Source: Collinsella aerofaciens (GTDB lineage: Bacteria; Actinomycetota; Coriobacteriia; Coriobacteriales; Coriobacteriaceae). Taken from it: a stretch of 64,000 nt of DNA. The notes beneath the pieces were generated by a model that was given only the letters and a program-made list of their open reading frames with translations, made no database searches and had not been told where the DNA came from. Location: assembly GCA_048501115.1 (NCBI GenBank), contig DBFRZS010000024.1, positions 1,025 to 65,024 on the forward strand. The letters are read 5' to 3'. Positions 1 to 7,532 of the stretch are shown here, piece by piece. The translations under genes were made by a program, and so were the position numbers. How positions within the stretch are numbered: position 1 is the stretch's first letter; every line of letters begins with the position of its first letter.

Positions 1-135
1 GCCCCGGTAGGGCATCGCGCCGAGCAGCGGCATCGGCAGCGCCATGAGCACGGCCAGGCGAACCGGTGCCGCGTGGCGCGACTTCAGGGCCTCGGCGCGC
101 AGGCCCGCGAGCAGGCCGCCTTTCTCGCCCGTCAT
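1..135 (-). CDS. ABC-2 / lantibiotic-immunity-type permease, N-terminus only (gene runs off window start)
   Basis: Minus-strand ATG at 133-135 overlaps the stop of the preceding ATPase gene by 4 nt (ATGA coupling). The visible 45 aa (MTGEKGGLLAGLRAEALKSRHAAPVRLAVLMALPMPLLGAMPYRG) become hydrophobic. Sits directly downstream of an ABC NBD gene. Confidence 0.45.
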   Translation of the reverse strand, partial: MTGEKGGLLAGLRAEALKSRHAAPVRLAVLMALPMPLLGAMPYRG

Positions 136-860
136 GCCGCCACCTCCCCGCGCGCTCGTCGCCCTTCCCGGCAGAAGCTCATGAAGAGTTCCTCGAGGTC
201 CTGCCCGGGCCGAAGCGCATCCTCGTAGGCGAGGCGCCCCCCGCAGATGATGCCGATGGTGTCCGCCATCTGCTGCACCTCGGAGAGGATGTGGCTCGAG
301 ACGATCACCGTCGTGCCCGCCGCCGCGAAGCCGCGGATCTGGTCGCGCAGCTCCTCGATGCCGATGGGGTCGAGGCCGTTGGTGGGCTCGTCGAGCACGA
401 GCAGGCGTGGCCGGGCGATCAGCGCCAGCGCGAGTCCCAGGCGCTGCCGCATGCCCATCGAGAAGCGCCCGGCGCGCTTCTTCCCGGTGTCCGCGAGGTC
501 CACGGCGGCGAGTACCTCATCTATGCGGCTCTCGGGAAGGCCCAGCAGCGTGGTGCGCACGCGCAGGTTCTCGCGCGCGGTGAGGTTGGGGTAGAGCGGC
601 GCCTCCTCGATGAGGCTGCCGATTGCGTAGAGGTCCTCGCGGCGCCAGGCGTGCCCGGCAAAGAGGATCTCCCCGGCCGTCGGCCGCAGCATCCCGCAGA
701 TCATCTTGAGCGTTGTCGACTTGCCGGCGCCGTTGGGACCTAGCAGTCCGTACACCTCGCCCTCGCGGATATGAAGGCTCACGTCGGCCACGGCATCCTG
801 CGCCTGGCCGCCGCGGCCGAAGCGCTTGGTGAGCCCGCGCGTCTCGAGCATGTAACCCAT
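132..860 (-). CDS. ABC transporter ATP-binding protein (single NBD, bacitracin/lantibiotic-export-like)
   Basis: Walker A GPNGAGKST, signature FSMGMRQRL, Walker B LLVLDEPTNGLD, H-loop SSH. Full-length 242-aa ORF. Confidence 0.9.
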   Translation of the reverse strand: MGYMLETRGLTKRFGRGGQAQDAVADVSLHIREGEVYGLLGPNGAGKSTTLKMICGMLRPTAGEILFAGHAWRREDLYAIGSLIEEAPLYPNLTARENLRVRTTLLGLPESRIDEVLAAVDLADTGKKRAGRFSMGMRQRLGLALALIARPRLLVLDEPTNGLDPIGIEELRDQIRGFAAAGTTVIVSSHILSEVQQMADTIGIICGGRLAYEDALRPGQDLEELFMSFCREGRRARGEVAA

Positions 861-1055
861 GGGTTCGTCCTTTCTCTTCCGGGTGCGCGGGCCGAGTCGC
901 CGTGCCCGCGCGCCTTACCTTTCGGGTTCACCATCCATGGTGGGGCGCGTTCCTAACGAAGCCGTAACGGCCGTTGGGCTCTTTTGGCGCCAGCCCTTCT
1001 CGACCCGTACGCCACTCATGGTATGTTTATCGCGATAACAAGGACGGAGGTGCCC

Positions 1056-1157
1056 GTGGCACGCAATAAGTACCCGGAGGAGACGGTCGAGAAGATTCTC
1101 GACGTTGCCGAGCGGCTCCTCGTGGAGCGCGGCTACGAGCACACCACGATGATCTGA
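1056..1157 (+). pseudogene. TetR-family regulator, N-terminal 33-aa fragment
   Basis: GTG after a GGAGG RBS. VARNKYPEETVEKILDVAERLLVERGYEHTTMI then stop, which is the typical start of a TetR HTH but about 160 aa short. A 12-nt palindrome TTATCGCGATAA lies just upstream (about 1026-1037). Confidence 0.5.
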
Positions 1158-1332
1158 AGAGCAATACGCTAAATCGAAAAAGGTAATCGAAGCCGCGCCT
1201 GTGGACTTATCGAGGGTCGAGATTCCCGCCCCATCCATCGGCACCCAGCAGAAGGTCGTCGACATCCTCGACCGCTTCGGCACCCTAACCAAATCGCTCA
1301 CCAACGGTAGGATAAACCCCATGAATATATGA
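1153..1332 (+). pseudogene. Type I restriction-modification specificity subunit (HsdS) C-terminal fragment
   Basis: Open frame without a start codon. It reads ...VEIPAPSIGTQQKVVDILDRFGTLTKSLTNG..., matching the conserved HsdS repeat 'IP(L/V)PPLxEQxxIvxiLDxfdxL'. It abuts the TetR fragment. Confidence 0.45.
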
Positions 1333-1591
1333 ATTGACCTGCTGACTCCAATGAAGATTGGAGGGTAACTGCCAGGGGTGACGGCCCAGCGAGTGTTATT
1401 TTGCGAGCTATGCGCATTGAAAGCGACCTTTCGTGGTATAAACTACTTGCCGGAAGCCGCGGCTTTCAGAGTACGGCTTACGTGTACGTTTAACCTCCGT
1501 GGGCGACGGGGTGCCGCAAGGCGTAGAATATCGCCCACCTGTAGGGGCCTGCAGCGATGCGGGCCCCGCTTCGTATGAGGGGGCGTAACCG

Positions 1592-2041
1592 ATGAAGATC
1601 GTATCCATCTCCCAGGACTTCTTCGACCTCGTCGATGGCGACCGTGAGCTCATGCTTAAGCACAATCGCCCCTGCATCGTGGTGGTGAGGCTGCGTTTCC
1701 GCGGAAAGCGCAGGGACTTCGCCGTGCCGCTGCGTTCCAACATCGCCCCTAACGTGCCCAAAGACCAGTACTTTGCGTTGCCACCCCGCCCCACGACGCG
1801 CCCCGGCTGCCGCCACGGCATCCACTACATCAAGATGTTCCCCATAACCAAGGCCTACCAGCGCCGCTTCAGGACCGAGGGCTCGGCCTACTACGAGACG
1901 CTCCAGCGCATCATCGATGGCAACACCAAACGCATTGTCTCCGAATGCCAGGCGTACCTTGACCTCTATGAGCGCGAGGGAAGGTCCTGCTTTGCCGTCG
2001 ACATCGATCGCATCGTGGGCCTGCTGGAAGGCGAGAAGTAG
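1592..2041 (+). CDS. ToxN/AbiQ-like (type III toxin-antitoxin endoribonuclease family) protein
   Basis: 149 aa. By eye it aligns to ToxN: MKIVSISQDFFDLV vs MKFYTISSKYIEYL, FAVPLRSNI vs YLAPLTSPK, GIHYIKMFPI vs GLINLKFMIPI. Has its own terminator downstream. The assignment is from memory of the family, not a search. Confidence 0.5.
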   Translation: MKIVSISQDFFDLVDGDRELMLKHNRPCIVVVRLRFRGKRRDFAVPLRSNIAPNVPKDQYFALPPRPTTRPGCRHGIHYIKMFPITKAYQRRFRTEGSAYYETLQRIIDGNTKRIVSECQAYLDLYEREGRSCFAVDIDRIVGLLEGEK

Positions 2042-2065
2042 GGCACCTCGGCTCAGTCTCGAGCC

Positions 2066-2088
2066 ATGCGGAGTCGCTCCGCATTTTT
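2066..2088 (+). terminator. Rho-independent terminator after the ToxN-like gene
   Basis: ATGCGGAG-tcg-CTCCGCAT followed by TTTT. Confidence 0.65.
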
Positions 2089-2249
2089 GAACGCCGCGTG
2101 TGCGTCCTAAATACTTGAGAAACAAGCTGTGAAGTGCGGTGGCGCGCCCGTGCCCGTGCATAGCCGTCACCATCAGCGTCTACGCGGTGTCGGCTTCAAG
2201 TGGAACTGGCGCCGCTGCTGTATATGGTTTGCCTTGCTGCAAATGGCAA

Positions 2250-2669
2250 TCAATGCCCACGATGCTTCTGCTTGCGCTTCAGCTTTCGCTGCTCGAAGCG
2301 CGCATCAGCCTCTTCCGCGCGGCGTCGGCTTCTTGCATGAGCTGACTCCTGTTTCATCGCTTCTCTCTGTGCTGCGAGCGCCTGCTGCGCCTTGGTGCTC
2401 ATCGCGGGCCGCTTAAGGGCTTTCGCCGCTTCACGGGCGCGCCGCTTGGGGTTCTTCGCGGGCTTGTTTGTTTCAATGGCCTTGTCGCCGAAGAACGAGA
2501 GCTTCTCCCATTCGCTTGTAACGAATCGCAGGATCTCCTCATCGGACGGCTCCGCGCCGAAGACGATGCGGGCGACGCCGTACTTTCCGCCCTCGACGTG
2601 CTCCGCCAGCCCGACCCAGAATTGACCGTCGTGATATACGGTCAGGGTGGACGACACGCTGATCTGCAT
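2250..2669 (-). CDS. DUF2992 (YjdF-like) family protein
   Basis: Start taken at the internal ATG (2667-2669) preceded by AAAGGAGGAA. MQISVSSTLTVYHDGQFWVGLAEHVEGGKYGVARIVFGAEPSDEEILRFV plus a Lys/Arg-rich tail is the DUF2992 pattern. Confidence 0.7.
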   Translation of the reverse strand: MQISVSSTLTVYHDGQFWVGLAEHVEGGKYGVARIVFGAEPSDEEILRFVTSEWEKLSFFGDKAIETNKPAKNPKRRAREAAKALKRPAMSTKAQQALAAQREAMKQESAHARSRRRAEEADARFEQRKLKRKQKHRGH

Positions 2670-2881
2670 GGCTGGTTCCTCCTTTATGTAGATGACCATG
2701 CAGAGAAGGGACAACCAAGGAGGCAGGTTACTGATGCGGACTCCCGCACGCCCACGACTACCCTACGGGGACTGTGTTTTCATCTCTGATGCCCGCATTG
2801 TAGCACGCGCGGATGCGCCCTTCATCGCTGCCGACATGACGTGGCTGGGATTCGTTCCTCGACACATCCTTTTGTATATTG

Positions 2882-2932
2882 CCTTCCCGGTTTCGAAACT
2901 TTAAATCAATTCGAGTTTCGAAACCGGGAAGG
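2882..2932. repeat. Perfect 19-bp inverted repeat (hairpin) CCTTCCCGGTTTCGAAACT / AGTTTCGAAACCGGGAAGG
   Basis: Read directly: arms at 2882-2900 and 2914-2932 with a 13-nt loop. Lies in a non-coding scar region. Confidence 0.8.
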
Positions 2933-2938
2933 AGAGCG

Positions 2939-3136
2939 TATGTGAGAGGCGATATGAGCATCAACTTGATGCTTGAGGGGGAGCTCGCGTCGCTTCTGCC
3001 CATCGGGGACGTGTTCCCGAAGGTCCTCATCTCCCGCATAGGGCATGAGACCTGTACCCGGGAAGGCGTACTCGTGCTGGACCTCGCGCGGTGCTGCTCG
3101 GTGAGCAGGGGTTCTGAACACTGCGTAGGGATATAG
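2939..3136 (+). pseudogene. C-terminal remnant of an AAA ATPase with DUF4143 domain
   Basis: ...LLPIGDVFPKVLISRIGHETCTREGVLVLDLARCC resembles the extreme C-terminus of DUF4143 ATPases (YPKyvlt...dGI..i.i.dfLl). No N-terminal ATPase part is present. Confidence 0.3.
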
Positions 3137-3285
3137 CGCGACAGGGGGGGGGTGCAGCACCGTTTGCGCCTTGTCTAGAGAACACGAACAAGAGATGTGG
3201 CCTGCAGACGACTGAATAGCTCCATCCGTTTTGGTTACAACAAAATGTGTGCCGCGCGCCTGCGGCATGAGGGAGGGAGATTTCT

Positions 3286-3816
3286 ATGAATATCGTTGTA
3301 TTGAGTGGTAGCCCGCGCAGGGGCGCCAATACTGACACCATGGTCGAGGCGTTTGCCGAGACCGCGCGTGAGGGCGGCAATACGGTCGAGGTCGTCCGTG
3401 TTGCCAGCAAGAAAATCGGTGGTTGCCTGGGGTGTCAGTATTGCTTCGCCCACGAGGGCACTTGCGTGCAGAAGGATGACATGGCCGACGTGATCGAGTC
3501 GCTGAAAGGCGCCGATATGGTTGTCTTCGCTTCGCCTATCTACTGGTTTGATATCACTGCGCAGGAGAAGGCCGCCATCGACCGCCTGTACGCCTTTGGT
3601 GCTACAAGCTTCCCGTTCACCAAGACGGCCCTTTTGCTCGATAGCCACAGCGAGGGCGTCTATGATGCGGCGATTGCTATGTACGAGTCAACCTGCGCGT
3701 ACTGCAAGTGGGAGGACCAGGGCATTCTCACCATCAGCGGTATGACCGAGCGCGACAGCATGGCATCGTCGCCCAAGTTGGAAGAGGTGCGAGAGCTCGC
3801 TCGCAAGCTCGCCTAA
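3286..3816 (+). CDS. Flavodoxin-family / NADPH-dependent FMN reductase-like protein
   Basis: MNIVVLSGSPRRGANT..., a CLGCQYC motif and ASPIYWF. Good RBS (GGGAGGGAGA). Confidence 0.8.
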   Translation: MNIVVLSGSPRRGANTDTMVEAFAETAREGGNTVEVVRVASKKIGGCLGCQYCFAHEGTCVQKDDMADVIESLKGADMVVFASPIYWFDITAQEKAAIDRLYAFGATSFPFTKTALLLDSHSEGVYDAAIAMYESTCAYCKWEDQGILTISGMTERDSMASSPKLEEVRELARKLA

Positions 3817-3826
3817 GGACAAGAAG

Positions 3827-3896
3827 AACGCATGGCAATCAGCGTTGGCGGAAAGCCTACTTCCCTTACCAAGAGGATTACTGATTGCCATGCGTT
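3827..3896. terminator. Bidirectional hairpin between convergent genes
   Basis: Perfect 16-bp arms AACGCATGGCAATCAG (3827-3842) and CTGATTGCCATGCGTT (3881-3896). Confidence 0.5.
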
Positions 3897-3923
3897 GATG
3901 TCCTTATGGACAATCTCCGCGTG

Positions 3924-5018
3924 CTAGGAGACTTTCTCGCTCAGGAACTCCCTGAATGCGGGGATGTCAAAGCCAACGAGACCACGCCCACGTTCCCCGA
4001 TGACGCCGTCCTCGAGAAGGCGGCGTTTGTATTGGCTTGCGTAGTTGCTGGCGACGCCCATGCGTTTGGCTATCTCCGAGACCCTGCTGGGGCCAGAATC
4101 GGGCAGCATCGCGAGTAAAAACTCAATGTCTTTATCGGAAAGCTCTCGATAGGTCGTTTCGAGAATGCGATCACGCAGCTCCATGCGTGCGAGTAGGGAA
4201 CCCTGCTGGACATCGGATGCACTGATTTGGGGCGAGTTCTCCGAAACATCCCAAGTGCGATATCCGACAAGCTGCATCATGTAGGGGAATCCGTCGACGG
4301 CCTTCACAGCATTCTCGAGCGCTTCTGGTGTGATTGAACGTCCTCCGGCCTCAACGGTTTTGCGAAACGCGTTTGCAATTTCAACGTCAGTGATTCGTCC
4401 TAACTGATGATATTGGGAACGCCTGAGGAACGAGACGGAATCGTTACGCAGCAACGCCGATACTTTGTAGGGCAGTCCTGCCATGAGTAGGGCAACTTTT
4501 TTACCTTCGCGTACAAAGTGCTGGTAAACAGAGGCAAATTGAAGCATTTCTTCGAGATCGACGGTGACTTCATCGATGGTAATGAGAAGTCCGATGTCAT
4601 GTTTTTCGAGTTGCGTAAAGATGCCATTCATGCGTGTGCGCCAGTTGCCCTGGACCTCTTGAGCATATGTCCAATCGATGCCCACTGGACCAATTTGAAC
4701 GCCGTTTATGCGCGCATGAGGCTGTGAGAGGTAGCTATCTGCGGCTTCTTTGGTTCGCTCGATAATATCTTCGAGCATGCCTGGCATGGCGGAGACATTT
4801 GCTGCGATCCAACCGTGTTCAAGCGCCGTTTCTGAAAGGAGCGAGAGAAGCGCTGTCTTGCCCGTTCCCCTTGCGCCCGTAAAAATAGTCGACAGGTTTG
4901 GATCTCCCGGGCCGTTGATAAAACCACGGTTGATGTCACGCAGAATATGCTCGCGACCCGCTAGAAAGGGAGGGATACTTCCGAACGTCGGGGTAAAGGG
5001 GTTCTTGCTGTACTCCAT
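3924..5018 (-). CDS. AAA-type ATP-binding protein with C-terminal winged-helix domain (paralogue 1 of 3)
   Basis: Start at the internal ATG 5016-5018 after a GGAGAC RBS. MEYSKNPFTPTFG..., Walker A GARGTGKT, Walker B LLITIDEV, C-terminal wHTH-like SRVSEIAKRMGVASNYASQYKRRLLEDGVI. Confidence 0.85.
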   Translation of the reverse strand: MEYSKNPFTPTFGSIPPFLAGREHILRDINRGFINGPGDPNLSTIFTGARGTGKTALLSLLSETALEHGWIAANVSAMPGMLEDIIERTKEAADSYLSQPHARINGVQIGPVGIDWTYAQEVQGNWRTRMNGIFTQLEKHDIGLLITIDEVTVDLEEMLQFASVYQHFVREGKKVALLMAGLPYKVSALLRNDSVSFLRRSQYHQLGRITDVEIANAFRKTVEAGGRSITPEALENAVKAVDGFPYMMQLVGYRTWDVSENSPQISASDVQQGSLLARMELRDRILETTYRELSDKDIEFLLAMLPDSGPSRVSEIAKRMGVASNYASQYKRRLLEDGVIGERGRGLVGFDIPAFREFLSEKVS

Positions 5019-5027
5019 GGTGTCTCC

Positions 5028-5063
5028 TTTGCAAGTTTTGCTAATTTTTGCAAGTTTTGCTAA
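5028..5063 (-). promoter_or_regulatory. Tandem 17-nt direct repeat immediately upstream of the ATPase RBS (putative operator)
   Basis: TTTGCAAGTTTTGCTAA at 5028-5044 and again at 5047-5063 (19-nt period). Each copy contains the TTGCAA palindrome. Confidence 0.4.
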
Positions 5064-5166
5064 CGACCGACCAAAGGGCATCGAAGCAGTGACGCTGACA
5101 TTTTTTAACGCAGAAAAATAAGCAGAAATCAATTAATCTGCGTTAAGAAATAGTTGAGAAGAAAAA

Positions 5167-5209
5167 CGACGAGTCCCGGGCGCAATGCCGTTGCGCTCCG
5201 GGCCTCGTC
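5167..5209 (-). terminator. Rho-independent terminator after the topoisomerase A-subunit gene
   Basis: On the minus strand, GACGAGGCCCGGAGCGCAA-cggca-TTGCGCCCGGGACTCGTC followed by GTTTTTCTTCTC. Confidence 0.7.
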
Positions 5210-5246
5210 GCTTTGCGAAGTATCTAACGGTCTCGTTGCCGTCGTC

Positions 5247-7487
5247 CTAGTCAAACAGGCTCGGCATGTCGTTTTCCTTCATGAGGGCACCGGCTGAGGG
5301 GAGGCTCTGCGCGGTGAACTTCTCGGCCGAGACGCCGGTGCCAAGGATTTCCTCGGTCGTGCCGACGGTGGTGACCGAGCGGCCCTTCTTGGCGGTAAAG
5401 GCCTGGACACCCTGCGTGTTGGTGGTCGTCTTGGTCTTGAGCAGCGACGTGTTGAAGTTCATCAAACGATAGTCGCTCGAGACCAGCGCGATGTCGCGAT
5501 CTGTGTTGAGCACCTGGGCATACAGCAGCTTGCTGCCACCGTAGATGGCGTTCTTGAGGCGTTTGCGGTTGGTCTTGGTGACGTATCCAGAAAGCGCGAC
5601 GCGTACCACGCGGCCGTTCTCAAAGACGAACAACACGTCGGCCTTGTAGTCCTCGGGGTCGATGACCCAGATGACACTCTCGTCGGGTTCCATCTCAAGA
5701 TCGGTCGGCAGGTACGAGCCCAGCTGTGCCGACTTGGTATCCTCAAACGCCGCAACCTTGCACTTGTACACCTGGCTCTTGTTGGTAAAGACCAGCAATT
5801 CGTGGGTGTTGGAGGACGGAAACTCGATAAAGGGTTTATCGCCGTCCTTGTACTTGAGCGTGGTCGCCTTCTTGAGTACGCGGTCCGTCATCTTCTTAAG
5901 GTAGCCCTCGCGCGAGAGCATGATGGTGACCGGGTACTCCTCGACCTCGGGCTCCAAGCTTACCTCGATAACCTCATGGGGCTCGATTCTGCCCGTGCGG
6001 CGCGGCATCACGTACTTCTTGTTGACCGCGGCCAGCTCGTCGCTGATGACCTTCTTGATGTTCTCCTCGCTGGAGAGGATCTCCTCAAGCTCGGCAATCT
6101 CGCCCTCAAGCTTGGCGATGTCCTTGGTGCGGTTGAGGATGTACTCCTCGTTGATGTTGCGGAGTTTAAGCTCGGCAACAAACTCGGCTTGGGTCTCGTC
6201 GATGTCGAAGCCGCGCATAAGGTTGGGCACGACCTCGGCTTCGAGCTTGGTACCGCGGATGATGGCGATGGCCTTGTCGATATCGAGCAGGATCGCCTCG
6301 AGGCCGTGCAGCAGGTGCAGGCGCTCGGACTTTTTGCCCAGGTCAAAGTTAATGCGGCGACGCGTGGACTCAATACGCCACTTGACCCACTCGTGCAGGA
6401 TCTGGCGCACGCCCATAACGCGAGGGTAACCATCGACCAGCACGTTGAAGTTGCACGAGAACGAATCCTGCAGCGTGGTCGAGCGATAGAGCTTGGCCAT
6501 GAGCTTGTCGGGGTCGACGCCACGCTTAAGGTCGATGGCGATGCGCAGGCCCGAGAGGTCGGTCTCGTCGCGGATGTCGGCAATCTCCTTGACCTTGCCC
6601 TCTTTGGAGAGCTTGACGATGCGCTCGATGATGACATCGGTCTTGGTGGTGTAGGGAATCTCGTACACTTCGATGATGCGCTCTTCGGGAATCCAGCGCC
6701 AGCGGGAGCGAATCTGGAAGCTGCCAAGGCCGGTCTCGACGATCTTCTCCATCTCCTCGCGGCGGTAGATGATCTCGCCGCCGGTCGAGAAGTCGGGCAT
6801 GGGCATGTACTCGAGCAGATCGCAGTCAGGATCCTGCAGGTAGTGCATCGTGGCGGTGCAGACCTCGTTGAGGTTGAAACCACAGATGTCAGACGCCATG
6901 GCGACACCGATGCCCTTGTTGGCCGAAACCAGAATATTGGGGAACGTGGTGGGCAGCAGGCGCGGTTCCTTCATGGCGCCATCGTAGCTGTCGACGAAGT
7001 CGACCGGGTCCTTGTCGATGTCCTTGAAGATCTCGGCGCTGATGGGGGAGAGCTTGGCCTCGGTGTAACGCGAGGCGGCGTAGCTCAGGTCGCCCGAATA
7101 GTACTTGCCAAAGTTGCCCTTCGACTCCACGAAGGGCGCAAGCAGCGCTTCGTTGCCCGTCGCCAGGCGCACCATCGTCTCGTAGATCGCGGCATCGCCG
7201 TGCGGGTTGAGCTTCATGGTCTGACCCACAATGTTGGCGCTCTTCTGGCGCTCGCCCTTGAGCAGACCCATCTTGTACATGGTGTAGAGCAGCTTGCGGT
7301 GCGAGGGCTTAAAGCCGTCGATCTCGGGGAACGCACGCGAGACGTTGACGCTCATGGCGTAGGGCATGTAGTTGACCTCGAGCGTCTGCGTAATCGGCTG
7401 ATCAGTGACCTCGGAGTGCAGGCCGATGACGTTCTCGGCGTTGACCTGCTTTTTCTTTGGCTGGTTCTTCGTCTTCTTCTTTGCCAC
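5247..7487 (-). CDS. Type IIA DNA topoisomerase subunit A (gyrase/topo IV A-family, second-copy type)
   Basis: 746 aa. YMPYAMSVNVSRAFPEIDGFKPSHRKLLYTMY (GyrA/ParC N-terminal signature variant), catalytic-Tyr context AASRYTEAKL, Lys-rich N-terminal tail. Confidence 0.9.
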   Translation of the reverse strand: MAKKKTKNQPKKKQVNAENVIGLHSEVTDQPITQTLEVNYMPYAMSVNVSRAFPEIDGFKPSHRKLLYTMYKMGLLKGERQKSANIVGQTMKLNPHGDAAIYETMVRLATGNEALLAPFVESKGNFGKYYSGDLSYAASRYTEAKLSPISAEIFKDIDKDPVDFVDSYDGAMKEPRLLPTTFPNILVSANKGIGVAMASDICGFNLNEVCTATMHYLQDPDCDLLEYMPMPDFSTGGEIIYRREEMEKIVETGLGSFQIRSRWRWIPEERIIEVYEIPYTTKTDVIIERIVKLSKEGKVKEIADIRDETDLSGLRIAIDLKRGVDPDKLMAKLYRSTTLQDSFSCNFNVLVDGYPRVMGVRQILHEWVKWRIESTRRRINFDLGKKSERLHLLHGLEAILLDIDKAIAIIRGTKLEAEVVPNLMRGFDIDETQAEFVAELKLRNINEEYILNRTKDIAKLEGEIAELEEILSSEENIKKVISDELAAVNKKYVMPRRTGRIEPHEVIEVSLEPEVEEYPVTIMLSREGYLKKMTDRVLKKATTLKYKDGDKPFIEFPSSNTHELLVFTNKSQVYKCKVAAFEDTKSAQLGSYLPTDLEMEPDESVIWVIDPEDYKADVLFVFENGRVVRVALSGYVTKTNRKRLKNAIYGGSKLLYAQVLNTDRDIALVSSDYRLMNFNTSLLKTKTTTNTQGVQAFTAKKGRSVTTVGTTEEILGTGVSAEKFTAQSLPSAGALMKENDMPSLFD

Positions 7488-7532
7488 GATTTCCTCTTGA
7501 ACTTCTTATGGGCCGTCGTTATCGATTTGCTG

